Under the pieces are notes generated by a model. That model did no database searches. It was not told the DNA's origin and was given only the letters and a program-made list of their open reading frames with translations. A stretch of 64,000 bases of DNA from Camelus ferus (taxonomy: Eukaryota). The position numbers were made by a program, and so were the translations under genes. The stretch spans positions 54,810,001-54,874,000 of the forward strand of contig NC_045697.1 of NCBI RefSeq assembly GCF_009834535.1, read 5' to 3'. Shown piece after piece: positions 13,560-26,397 of this stretch (position 1 is its first letter; each line of letters begins with the position of its first letter).

Positions 13560-13800
13560 GTAAGAATCAAGATTTGAACACTGGCCTGGTCATTTAGTAG
13601 CTGTATGACATCAAACAAATCACTCTATTGTTAGGAACTTTAGTCTGTAAAATTAAGGTAATATCTGTTTCATTCATTTATCCAACCAACATTTTTTGAA
13701 TGTTTACCTCTGTGAAGAATAGATTTGTTGTGGGGACTAAATAAATTAGAAATGTAAAAGTACCTAATGCAATGCTTGGCATATGAGAAATGATATATAT
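13560..13800 (+). mobile_element. MIR fragment, with a short L2-tail-like piece inside
   Basis: tttgaacactggcc...tagtagctgtatgac...ctgtaaaat...gtacctaatgcaatgcttggcata. Confidence 0.6.
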
Positions 13801-14582
13801 TTGCGTGGTGTTAGCATATTAAAAGTGTTCAACATTTAACTAATAATTATCTTATTAAGAGTCTTATTCTGTGACTGAAATGTACCTGGACAGTCCAGGG
13901 ACCCCAGGAGTTCCGAGTAACAAAACTAAAAATACTCTTCTCAAAGGTGACTCAGCTACTGGCTTTATGCTAGATACTATATGTTCTGTTACAGAAATAT
14001 GCCTATTTTCTATTTATTCCATATTTTCTTCATTGTCTCTTGTTTTTAAGGAACTGAGGCCCTCCAAAAAGTTAAATTGTGATCCATCTGGCTTTTGGAC
14101 TGGAAACAAAATCCTCTTTCTGAACTTCAACCCAATTCTACTCTTTCTGCTTATTTTATGATATTGTAGAGAGATGTGCTAGCTATGGATAGGTAAAAAC
14201 TGAAATATACTCATTGCTGCAAAAAGAAAGAACAGCTCCAGATAAAATATGCATAGATTTCTTATAGTTTGCAATCGGTCAAATTTCAATTGTTTTGAAG
14301 GCTGTCAGAATCATGTTAATATTCAGTTGATTAGCTCCAATGGCTGTTACTGAATGCTCAATTGACCCTATAAGGATCAGGAAAGGTTGAATCAGAGGAT
14401 AGAGAACCTGACACTTTCTGTATCTGATTTTCAGAGCTAAATCTGTATGATCACCTTTCTTTAAGCTGAGATTTTTTTTTTTTTTTAAATCTGAGATTCA
14501 GGTAGCATCTGCCAGGTTGTTTTATTTATGACAATATTTTAATAATATGGATAAAATCATTGTTTCACTCCATGTAGGTTTT

Positions 14583-14870
14583 TTAATTTTAAATTTTTAT
14601 TTCTATTTTTTATTCACATATAGTTGATTTACCATGTTGTGTTAGTTTCTGGTGTACAGCAAAGTGATTCAGTTATAAACACATATACATATATTCTTTC
14701 ATATTCGTTCCCATTATGGTTTATTACAAGATATTGAATATAGTTCCCTGTGCAATACAGTAGGACCCTGTTTGTTTTAAATGTAGTTTGTATCTGCTAA
14801 TCCCAAACTCCTAACTTATCCCTCCCTCACCCCCTTTTCCCTTTGGTAACCATAAGTTTGTTTTCAATGC
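14583..14870 (-). mobile_element. Truncated L1 3'UTR
   Basis: tagttgatttaccatgttgtgttagtttctggtgtacagcaaagtgattcagtt...ctttggtaaccataagtttg; near-identical TSD ccatg(t)aggtttt at ~14570-14582 and 14871-14882. Confidence 0.9.
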
Positions 14871-16395
14871 CCATGAGGTTTTAAAGTGATAAAATTCTGA
14901 GGCTTAAACAGCAAGCAAGAAACTGTTTATAGAACATACAGGTTTATCTGTCATTTCTCTGTTCTTTTGGAGTGATGTTCAAAAGGCTTCCTAAGTTATT
15001 GCCCCACTTCTCCCTTTGAAATCAGTTGGAATTTGGTCTAAAAACAATGGTCAACCTATGTGGATAAAAAGAAATTTATAGATCATCTGAGGATATAATG
15101 CTTCCACATTCCCCATTATCTTGTCTATTAGTTGACTCTAATTGATTGATGCTCCCTGAGCAATCTCATGCAATTACCAGGTAGTCATATTTCACAGTTA
15201 CATATATATTTCTTACCAGGAATCTTAAAATTGTAACAATTGCTATTTTAATCACAAGATTGCATTGGGAGTTAAGAATCCTTGGCTATATTATTTTCTC
15301 CACTAAGCTTACTCAGTGATCCCAGGCTGGTCACTTTTGCCCCATTTTTTTTCATTTGTAAACCAGGGATAATCCCACATGCCTACTCACCAAGCATGTG
15401 GTGAGGATTAATTAGGTAAATATCAGCAGAGCTCTCTGAGCTCCTTAGGATTGAGGTGTTTATCCATCCGAGGTATTATTATCATTAGCATTATCATGCC
15501 ATTTCACTTGGATCATAAATAAAACTCATAGCTGTTAAAAATGGAAAACATTTTGTTGGCTTGCCAAATCCCACCCTACAACCTCTCTAAGTAGCAGGGC
15601 AAGACCGAGTGAGTCCCTTGACAGAAGACATATAATAGATTAAGCTGATGCTTCACTTGATCATAGCCAAAAGGTTTGTGTTAATGAGCTTAATAGTATT
15701 TACTTGGTGGGTGTCCAGAACAGCTGTCCTTTTTTGTTGCAGGTGCCAGAACCAAAGCCAAAGCCAGTCTGGATTTAGCAAATCCAATTACTTCTCAGGA
15801 TTTGCTCCCCTCTAAGACAGCACTTATCATAATCACTCGTTGATAATAGACACTCTGTTAAGTTGATACTAGCTTCCCATAACCAGATTCAGGGATCCAT
15901 TTTCTTTCTCAAAAACACTATTTTAACTTTATGTAATAAGGCTTATCAGACATGTTTTACATGTAGAGTGAGAGTTTGGCTTTGGTGATGATAACACCAA
16001 ACAACTCATTCCAGATTCTCTTGATTTGATAACGCCCCTACAAGAATTGCATGTTAATTGTTTCAGAGCTCACAAAGACATTTCTTGATTAATTTTTTAC
16101 TTGTCTGTAGGAGCAAAAAGGGAATTCAGAGGACAACCTAATTAAAAATGAAAATGGATCATCACACAAGTAGCTTATTATGAGATGTAAAACCCCATGA
16201 AAAACGAATATAATCTTTCTCAAGCAGCGTAAGCTGTGCGTATGTTTTAATAATCCCGAACACCTGGATATTTCACAGCCAAATAGAAGGCAGAGATGTA
16301 AGGTGAAAGTGACCTTGTAATGAGGAGGAATTCACTTATGGAAGGAGGATGCCTGAATGAGCAGACTAACTGGCGACTGAAATTAGAAAACCCTT

Positions 16396-16491
16396 CCAAT
16401 CAGTGTGAGGTAAAAAAAAAAAAAAAAAGCATATATTGGCGGAGTGACGGGAATGACATTGACGACCAATAGCTCTCAGGCTGCTCACGTG
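16396..16491. promoter_or_regulatory. Candidate promoter-like element (CCAAT x3, TGACG x2, E-box)
   Basis: CCAAT 16396-16400, ATTGG 16435-16439, CCAAT 16466-16470, TGACG at 16445 and 16460, CACGTG 16486-16491; A17 tract at 16412-16428. Confidence 0.3.
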
Positions 16492-16539
16492 CAGGCAAGC
16501 CTGCTAAGGCACCTTTCTTAAAGAATTTATTACTCTATT

Positions 16540-16868
16540 TGTTTTTTTGTTTTGTTTGCTATTTTTTTGTTGTTGTTGTTTTACATTTTTTAATTGAGTT
16601 ATAGTCATTTTACAATGTCAAATTCCAGTGTAGAGCACAATTTTTCAGTTATACATGAACATACATATATTCATTATCACATTTTTTTTTCCGTTGTGAG
16701 CTACCACAAGATCTTGTATATATTTCCCTGTGCTATACAGCATAATCTTGTTTATCTATTCTACGTTTTGAAATCCCAGTCTGTCCCTTCCCAGCCCTGC
16801 CCCCTTGGAAACCACAAGTTTGTATTCTATGTCTATGAGCCTGTTTCTGTTTTGTATTTATGTTTATC
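16540..16868 (-). mobile_element. Young camelid-type L1 3'UTR fragment
   Basis: T/TTG-rich tail, then ttgagttatagtcattttacaatg...aattccagtgtagagcacaatttttcagttatacatgaacatac; same family as 59296-59476. Confidence 0.9.
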
Positions 16869-17315
16869 TATTTATTTATTTATTGCAGGGAGAAAGAGCA
16901 GGGAGGTGTATGTGGTTTGGGAATGTGCAAATTCCATTTTACGTCTTGTTCTAGCTAGTGTACATTTTCTCTGCTAGCCATGTTCTTTTCTTTTCTAGGT
17001 GACCCAGCCTTGCTGTAGTGAGTTTGCCTAACTAGGCAAATGCTTCATCCATAAAAAGTGTTAGTCTTCTTTGATAAAAATCCCTCTGCCCACTAGTGGT
17101 ACATGGGATATTTTGCTAATTGATTAGGCTAATTGCAGTTTTCACAAGAAAACACATTTTCAGCACATGAGAAGACTTTCTATGCCTAAATCTTGATGTT
17201 CCAAAGCTTTCTATTTAAAGTAATACCATTCTCCTAGGCAGTTTGACTCTTGAATTTCCTTTTTTCCTTTCCCTTCTCCTTGCCGTGGCCTCTAACTTTT
17301 TCATTTCCATGCTTA

Positions 17316-17500
17316 TAGGGATCATACGTCCCGGGCTTCCAAGAACTGTCCCAATTTCTCCTTGCAGCTTCACAAATCACTGAATTGTCCTAAGCATCCA
17401 AATAACATTTGCTGTACTGCCTATTGCATCACGAAGGTGTACAAAATTCTTGAGTCAGATGTGCTCTGATTCGGTTTACAAGGAAAATATAGTCTCTGTG
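17316..17500. mobile_element. hAT-Blackjack-type MITE (MER81/MER94-like), degenerate
   Basis: Left end tagggatcatacgtcccgg...ctgtccc and right end aaaatatagtctctgtg resemble TAGGGTGACCATA...TATGGTCACCCTA termini. Confidence 0.55.
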
Positions 17501-17777
17501 CCTGTAGAAGCCATGAGTTTGAAAACTTAAATCCACCTGCTTGTAGGTTGATGAATGCTTTACTTCAGCCAGTAAGTATGTTTTCAGCAATATGAGAATA
17601 AGTTTTGTACAGCACTATCTTCAGTTAGGCCTTTAAAATGCTGTATCCTGGTATGACCCAAATTTACACCCTTCCAGTAATTAACTCTGTTAATATTTGT
17701 TGTCCACCCAGACTCTCTCTCCTTGCTTGGCCACAGTGTTTGAAGTTCCTAGGATAAAGAGATCAAAAAGTGAGCTG

Positions 17778-17811
17778 AACAGGCCATGTCTTAACAGGCC
17801 ATGTCTTAACA
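17778..17811 (+). repeat. Perfect 15-bp tandem duplication
   Basis: aacaggccatgtctt twice, followed by aaca. Confidence 0.95.
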
Positions 17812-20768
17812 CAGTCACCTCAAAGATTAATTTTTTTTCCTAAAAATACCAGTAAGAAAATTTTGAAGGAGAGTAAATACCATTAAGTTTACATTCTATC
17901 TCTTTTTGACACAGTCAGAGCCATTAAAAAAATCTTCAGCATTTTCCTATAAATTTTTGTATGCAAAGTCTAGTGAAATCAAACTGATTGCTCTTCATTT
18001 GATCAGATTTTTAATCTCACATCTAGAGAATTATTTATTCAATGATGTGTAAATATAAAAAAAAAAATCTGAGCATGGAGGAAACTCTCAGTGGAATTTG
18101 CTGAGAAAAGGTAGGGAAGGGTAGAGTCATGATTTGGTGAATAGGGACCTCCATCCTTTTATTCATGTATGCCCTCCACCCTACCCCAACTGTGTTCTCT
18201 ATTTAGCAAGCAGTGTTCTATTTTTAAGGATCCAGATAAATGGAGGACACACTGCTAACAGGTGAGAACTTTGCCAACTTTGCTCATATGTCTTTAATAA
18301 ACTTTTGTTGACCTGCTTCCATATGCCAGTTATTGTGTTCTTTTTGGAAGGCAGAATTTGTGAAGAAGGCTACTTCAAAAAAGATCAAAATGTTCTAGCC
18401 ATTTGATGGCTGCTTTTGACATTTTTTAATGCCTGGCAGCTGAGTTTGGCAAATTGATATATATTTTTTCCATTCCTATCTATGGTACTCTCTTCTGTGA
18501 AGTGGAGTGATTTTTTTTACTATATATTACACTGCATTCCTTTTTGAATTAATTTATTTATGAAATTTACCCTAGCACAGCCTCTTGTTTCCACCTCACC
18601 TGGACTGCCATATACATTTAAATTTCCCTGAATATTTCTGGCTTTTTGATAGCACTTAAAAAGTTTAGCAGCCTATTTGTATTAGTAGAAAATAGACTTA
18701 ATTCCTGGTGAAGTATTTCTGGGTGCAATCAGTTCTGCCCTGGATTGTATATTATTTTCTTTCTTTCTTTTTTTAAAAATACCAGAACATTTTAAACTTT
18801 GTGTTATGATAGTGCCAGAGAAGAAGTGAGTAATTTCAACTGTGGGGAGGAATAATCAAATATCCCACACTGGATATGGAAACCATATCTGAAATAAATG
18901 ATGAGCTGGAACCTAAAAGAAGACAAAGGCTTAGGAACCATGGCATTGGGGTTTGAGGGGTCTATAGGACTCAGATTATGGAATTCTCTTATTATATTAT
19001 CACCTCACAATTTCTACACAAATGCTCATAACTACATTAAAGATGAATTGCCAAGAAAACAATACCACATATTTAAGGAACCATGTTTGTTATACTGTTA
19101 CTCTTAAATCCGTTTTATGTTCTGTGGCATTCAATATTCATCTCCCACACTGGAGAAGTCCAAAGTTGGGAGATGCAGTGATTGGTATAATTGCATGATC
19201 CCCAACTTAAAAAAAAATTAATCCCCCTCTTCTGTAGATGCTATCTCTCAGACAAACTATCTTTAAAAAGTAATCACTAATCTGTAGTTTCCATATTTTT
19301 ATCGTAAATAAAATATCAAACTGCCAGTCAGAGCTTCTGATCAATATTAATAGCCAAATTGAATAAATAATTTATCAATTGTCTGTCACATGTCAGGCAC
19401 TGAGCATATAAAGATAAAGAAAGCACAGTCCTGGACTCCAAGGAGCTTAGAGTCTAGTGGGAAAGATAAATCAATATACACTGAGCTTATATAATGTAAT
19501 CCAAAAGCAAAAGGCATTTAAGTTTTAAGCTGTCCTATAACCTTTTATTAGATAAATCTGATTTTTATTAATTTTTTGGAAATAGGTCAATGATCATCAT
19601 GTCTGCTTCTGGTTTATTACTATCCCAAGCTGAGATGGTGGTGAGATCACCCTATCATGTAGGATTCATGTTTGGAATAACAATTCCACCAAAAAGGGGC
19701 TTTTGTCATTTAAGTGGTTCTTGTAGATAGCTGAATTAGCATTAAAAGAAGTAGGTTTGCATTATAGAGAAAATCCTGGCAGAAGTGTTTGTTTTTTACA
19801 GTATTTTATGCAGTAGTGATACAGTTGAAATGTTAGATTTACTCCCAACCGTCGAGTGTACCCAAACCACAAGAGGGAGAAAGGACTGTTTTGCAAGAGG
19901 AATTCTGGAAGCAATCTCTTTCATGAATGCTGGTTGACATTTTTGACCCAGGCATGGCCTCAGGGGAGATTGTTCTCTAGTGAGGATGCAGCCTGGGTGA
20001 ACAGTGAAAAACTGGGATTTATTATGTCCATAGAATATAACCTTATGCATTCTAGGCTCTGATTTCTTCTACTGCTGATTTCAGGAGTTTAGGAGGAAGA
20101 AGCATATTGTGTTTCACTCCATGGCCCCTATTAAAATACATGACTTGTCTCTCCCCTGCACACAAACACACATAAACACTCATAGTTAAACACACACACA
20201 TTTATACACAAAGCCTCCAGTGATTTGGACAGTGCTATTTACAGAAGAGGTAGGCTCTGGTTCCTAATTCCTGCAGTAATTACTTTATTTCTTGAAGCAT
20301 GAGATTTGATTACCTATACATTATTATTCATGCTGCATAATAGTTTTGACTGTCTCTTCATGCAATTCTTCTTTAAAAAATAGTCTCAGGAATTTAGCTC
20401 AGGAAGACCAATGTTTTACATAGGCAGAGCAAGTTAGTGGCAAGCTTTGCCAAGTAATGAGTAGAGTTTTAAGAAACCCTGAAGTGGAGGATGGGTAGGC
20501 CAGTGTTTTTGATTCAGGCTAGTAATTTATTTGTTTCAGCTAAGAGAAACAAAAATGAAAGAAGGTCGTGAGGGTAGCCAGTCAATATAGGCAGAGATAC
20601 ATCTTTGGTATCCAGAGTTCTCTATATTACCAAGCATAGAAGGCATATAATTTGCCCTGCCTCTGCTCTCCCCAGGCCAGTGAATGAGCTGGTTCTAAGT
20701 TCTAAGAAGAATAAGAGTCACACCATAATGCCATTTATGTAAATTAGCACATGAGATATAAACCTATT

Positions 20769-21677
20769 TGTGATACTATGACTTATAAGAAATATGTATT
20801 TGGTCTTTGTCTTCAGCTCCTGGCCAGAGCTTCTAGAACCTTTGTAGTTTCTTAAGTAATAAAGGTGATGGGACCATCTTTTGTTGTAATGTTTGGTCTT
20901 TGGCCTTGGTTCCTGACACAGAACTCCTAAATCTCTTGGAATTTCCTAGGTGATAGGAATGTCATTTGTTCTAATGAGGTGGCTTGTGGTGGGCTCCTGG
21001 ATGGCTTCAGGATGGAGGCTGGTCACCAGAAAAACTAAGCCATGATTAGAAGCTTGGAACTTTAAGTCCTACTCCTCATCCTTTGGGGAGGAGAGAGGGA
21101 TTGCGGAGTGAGTCAATAATTGGTCATGTGTGTGATGAAGCCTCCATTAAAAATCCCTGAACTAATCGGTTTGGAGAGCTTCTAGGTTGGGAAACGTATA
21201 TCCATGTGCTGGGAGGGTGGTGCAGCCCAACTCCACAAGGACAGAAGCTCCTTCTATATCTCTCTTCATCTGGCCATTCATCTATATACTATATCCTTTA
21301 TCATATCCTTTATTATATCATAAACCAGTAAGTGTAAATAAGAGTTTCCTTGAGTTCTGTGAAACAACCTAGCAAATTATTAAAGCAGTGGAGGGCGTTG
21401 TGGGCTATAAGACAAATTTATAGCCAGTTGGTCAGAAGTATAGATGACAACCTGGACTTGTGATTGGCCTTTATAGTAGGGGCAGCCTTATGTGTGGGAA
21501 GACGTTCTTACCTTGTGAGATCTGACTAACTCCAAGTAGATAGTATCAGAACTGAATTGAATTGTTGGACACCTAGCTGGTGTCAGAAAATTGGTCAGTG
21601 TGGGGAAAAAACCTACACATTTGGTGGCCAAAAGTATAGTGAGTAGTAGGGAAGTAACATGAGAGTTTTTCAGTATA
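20769..21677 (+). mobile_element. MER21-like ERV solo LTR
   Basis: tgtgatactatgacttataagaaatatgtatttggtc...ttcaggatggaggctggtcaccaga...gatgaagcctccattaaaaatccc...tgctgggagggtgg; flanks ctatt/ccatt may be a 5-bp TSD with one mismatch. Confidence 0.85.
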
Positions 21678-21711
21678 CCATTTTATAAGGATACATGCTA
21701 ACTATTAAATG

Positions 21712-22312
21712 TATTATTTTTTGAAGTGTAGTTGATATAAAATATTATATAAGTTACAGGTGTACAACATAGTGATTTACAATTTTTAAAGGTTATACTC
21801 CATTTATAGTTAATATAAAATAATGGCTATATTCCCTGTGTTGTACAATATATTATTGTATCTTGTTTTATACCTAATAGTTTGTACCTCTTACCCACCT
21901 ACACCTATATTGCCCCTCCCCTCTCTCTCCCCACTAGCAATCTCTAGTTTGCTCTCTATGTCTGAGTCTGTTTCTGTTTTGTCATATTCCCTTTTTTTTA
22001 TTTTTTAGATTCCACATATAAGTGATACCATACAGTATTTGTTTTTCTCTGTCTGCCTAATTTTACTAAGCAAAATGCCCTCCAAGTCCATCCATGTTAT
22101 TGCAAATGGCAAGATTTCATTCTTTTTTGTGGCTGAGTTGAATTCCATTGTAGCTATACACCACATCTTCTTTATCCATTCATCTTTTGATAGACACTTA
22201 GATTTCTTCCATATCTTGGCTATTGTAAATAATGTTGCTATGAACACTGGAGTGTATCTTTTCAAATTAGTGTTTTTGCTTTTTTTGGTTATGTACCCAG
22301 AAGTGGATTGCT
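21712..22312 (-). mobile_element. Truncated L1 3'UTR/ORF2 end
   Basis: Minus ORF 22005-22430 contains TPVFIATLFTIAKIWK...DEWIKKMW...KKNEILPFAITWMDLEGILLS, the L1 ORF2 C-terminus. Confidence 0.93.
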
Positions 22313-22904
22313 GGTCTAATTGAAGGACATATGTTGAAACAGTAGAGCAGGTGCCTAGGGGAAGGAGGTGTGGATGGTGGGAACTGAAGTGGAGAGCAAG
22401 AATAAGGGGGAAAACATATCCTAGCAACAAATAAAGAGAATTTCACATTTTTTTTTTCCTGGACTTTCTCAAGCGAAGATAGTCTTTAAAGATTTGTTTC
22501 ATTTTTATTTTTTCATTGGCATTCATCTTGGAAATGATAATGAAAAGAGCATAGGATCTAGGTTAGAACACATGGTTTTGTTCTGACTGTTATGACTAGG
22601 TAAGTCATCCCTGCTCCCTGATGCTTTATCATATTCCTCAGCTATAAAATAATAATACTACTGATCCTTTCACATTTTGACGCCAGTTAAGTTGTTCTAA
22701 CATGTAATAGTGCTTTGTAAACTGTAAGATGCTTTTCCAATATTAACCAATTTCATTTCGTTGGAGCAAGTTTAGTCACACAAAAAAGCTTTGGGTCTTT
22801 TTAATAAACCAGATTGGAAATTGAAAACCAAGCCTCCCTTTTATTCTCACATGGTTCTCCATTTATCTGGGAACAAGTGTTGATCATCCGTTTTTGTCCT
22901 ATTA

Positions 22905-23150
22905 GAAACAGCTTAGTGCAGTAGTTTAGAGCTGGCCTCAAGTGTCAGACTGTCTGAATTAGAACTGAGCTCCCACTTGCTATGAGTGACCTGGGGCAAG
23001 TGACTTAAACTTTTTATGTCTCTGTTTTCTTATCTGTAAGGTGAGGGTGGCCACACCTGCCTCTAGATGGCGTGGAGAAAATTAAATAAGCTAATGAATA
23101 TAAAGTGCTTAAAATAGTCCTTGTCATAGAGTATTTAGAAAATGTCAGTT
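22905..23150 (+). mobile_element. MIR SINE, near full length
   Basis: gtgcagtagtttagagc...gtgacctggggcaagtgacttaaac...ttatctgtaag...taaagtgcttaaaatagt. Confidence 0.85.
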
Positions 23151-24169
23151 TTTGTTGACAGAGGATTGACTTTGACCACTCTCTTCACCCATCCTTTTTG
23201 CCATAAATAATTCAAGTTGATTCCAGAAAATATCAAGGAAAACCAAAAAGGATAAAATTGATAGGAGGAAAGCTCTTCCAAAGTATTAAGAGCATATAGG
23301 CAAATTCATTTAACTTACCAACGTGACTAACATCCACACATTTTTGAAGTTGAATTCTAGTCTTCTCAATCATTTCCAACACTGGAAAAATCTACTGATA
23401 TCTCTTTTTCTTGTTTCTTTTAATTTTGTCTTTCTTGTCTCCAGTGCACAGATAATTTAGAGCCATGACTGGGTTATAGCCCCTCTTCTCTTCTATTTCA
23501 TCTTTAATATTAATATTCTTTGACATTTTAATTAAAAATAGCATTCATGAATGTTCTGATTTTAAAAGTAGTAATTGTAATCTATTTATGGTGGAAAATT
23601 TGGAAAATATATAGAAAAGAATAAAAGATAAAATTGAAATCACTGATATCCATGCTATCTAAAGAATGATGGTTGCCATTTATATATATATATAAAAAAA
23701 CAGTAAGTTTAAACTTTACTTGAATTTGACAGAAGAAAAAAATACTAAAATGTAACTGAAGGGGGTAAATTCATTTAAAAATATGTATCATTAGTTGCTA
23801 GGAGGTTCCATCAAAGTTAAAATAAAAGATTAAGAAAAAAATTAAAAGTGTTTGGATATGTTTTATTGTTGTGGTTATTGTTGTTGAGACTTTGGATCTT
23901 CACATTTTTTAGACAGCATGGAATTTCCAGATAGTAAAACTTACTATCTCATAAAAATCAGACCACCTTTCAAAATTCAAGTCTACTTTTAGAATTACTC
24001 TGTAAGAGAAATTAATATGAAGAGACTAATCTGTAAGCAAAATGTATGGTCAAATGACAAATCACTTTTAGGAAACACACAAACTGTAAATTAAGAGTGC
24101 TAGTTAGTCTCATTTATCCTTCTGAATTACAAGACTAAATGTTTTGGCTTTGTTATTTAATAAAGCATT

Positions 24170-26397
24170 ATTACTTACATTCTTATCAGTTACTCTAAAT
24201 CATACCATATACTACTTTGTTTGGGTTATAATGTTTTATTTTTATTTGTTTCTAATTTAAAACATTTTTCTTGTTGATAAGAAGAGGAATACCTTCTTAT
24301 TAGCAGCACGTTATAATATAATTTGTACATTCTTACTTGTAAAATAGCATAGTAATACTTTAATTTTGAAGACAACTTTCATATAGAGATTTTTAAAACT
24401 GCATATATTAGAAGATTTGGACTGAATCTTATCCCTCCAAAATTCATATACAGAGGCCTTAACTCCCAGTGTGACTATGTTTTGGAAATACAGCCTTTAG
24501 AAGGTAATTATGGGTAAATGAGGTCTTAGGAATGGAACCCTAATCCAATAGAATTAATGTCCTTATGAGAGACAAGAGAGAGCTCTTTCTTTCTAGCTCC
24601 ACATGTGCATGAAGAAGAGGTTATGTGAACCCACACTAAGATGGCAACTATCTGTAAGCCAGGAAGAGAGAGACCTCACCAGAAACCAATCATGCTAACA
24701 TCCTAACCTCAGATTTCCAGTCCCCAGAACTGTGAGAAAATAAGTCTTTGTGTGTAAGTCACTGAGTGTATGATATTTTGTTATGGCAGCCAAAAGCAGA
24801 CTGATACATTAGGTGATTTCACCATTTCTTAGATCCCCTGTTTGTCTTTTGGATTTTTTACTTTAATGAAGTTTGTTCAGAAATGCATTTTTTGAAGGAG
24901 TATATGGATGGTGAACTTTCTGGGTCCTTGAGTATCTGAAAATGTTATTTTGAACTAAGCTATAATGTATTTATTTATTTATATATTTTTCCTTCTTTAT
25001 AAGGTTTAATTCTTTCAAGTTCAGAAATTCCAGAAATTGGCGCACACAATTTAATCAAAATAACAAAACTTCATAAACTGCCAAATTGCCAGGTAGAGGA
25101 GTAAGTTATGATGTACAGCTCAGTTGATGTAAACCTTAGCAATGTATTCAAGGTTTTTGTTTAACTGATGATCTTCTCAGTTACTTTATACAATAGTGTT
25201 ATCACATATTTAAATTATAACAAATTTGTATCAGAACTGTTATTGAAAGTCACTGGGCTGCTCCATAAGCTTTTGAACTGCTTACTTGAAGACTTCCTGT
25301 TATGTGAGCCAATTAAATGTCTTGATCACTTAGCCTACTGTTAGGAATGTGCAGCTAAATGAAAACTAAATGATACATTATGGATTTAGCCATGTAATTT
25401 CAAACTTTTTTGAAAAAACTATATTTTTCTTCAACCATCATCATGAAAATGTGAGAAAATGTGGCTGTTAGGCCATAATGATAACCCAGTGCATTTCTCA
25501 ACTCATGGTTGCAATCTTGATCTCTGTAACACACTTAAAACTGTCTTTTTTGACGCTCAAATCCAGTAATCTCAAGGTTTCCTATTTGGTAAAACTTGTA
25601 GTTTTAATCTTTTCTTAATTGATTTGCATGTTGTAATTAGTCAAGTAGTTTCTCTTGAAAATCAACCAGTGAGTCTTGTTAAATAGATGTAATGTTTAGA
25701 AAATAATCCGTTAGTTCACATGGGTTAATCACAGCAATCTCTCCTATTCTTTAGACGTTCTAACATATATTCTGAGATTTGGCACATGACAGGCAAACTT
25801 ATGGGTTTAAATTTTTTTTTTTTTTAAATTTCAATGCTTCAGAACTTTATAAGAGAATGAAAAACTCTTTTATAAATGTATGAATATATATGTTGTCTGT
25901 GTCTGTGTTAATGTACACTCATAATAGGAAATAACTGTTCCCCCATCTACTTTATTTATTTCTAGAAATTGTCTTGTGGATTTTTCTAGGGCCAAACTGC
26001 AGTCCACGTCTCCATCGATCTCCCACACAGAAGAAGTAGGATTATTAGTTCAGAATTTCCATTGGTACAATTACTAATTACCCACAATCTGTTTCCACCT
26101 TCTGTACCTGACTCTGTGTGAAGTTAATCCAGAATTCTGTTGGAAAAAATGGCTCTTGGTCTCTTCAGATCCTTTCTGTGTCTTTGGCTTACATTTTCTG
26201 GGCTCTTATTTCTCCATCTAGCTGATGCCAAATGCTGTCTTTCTTTTCCAGAAAGTTCTCATAATTTTTTTTGTCCGGGTAATCATTTTTAAAAACCATA
26301 GATACTAGTTTTGGTTATGTTTTCTGCTACTTCACTGGGACTCTGGGAGGGAAAACAAGTGAATGCATTTACTCTTTCCTTCGTGAACTAGATGTCC
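24170..26397 (-). mobile_element. Old HAL1/L1M-type element, fragmented by later insertions
   Basis: gatggtgaactttctgggtccttgagtatctgaaaatgttatttt (~24910-24950) and a 5'-end-like ggagggaaaacaagtgaatgcattt...gaactagatgtc (~26345-26397). Confidence 0.55.
24412..24808 (+). mobile_element. MLT1A-like MaLR solo LTR
   Basis: tggactgaat...ccaaaattcata...aaatgaggtc...ccctaatccaata...cagaactgtgagaaaataa...ttttgttatggcagcc...gactgataca. Confidence 0.9.

Noticed and set aside
17782..17806. p53 response element created by the 15-bp duplication
   Set aside because: Each half-site (GGCCATGTCT) has a mismatch and the spacer is 5 bp, which is too weak.
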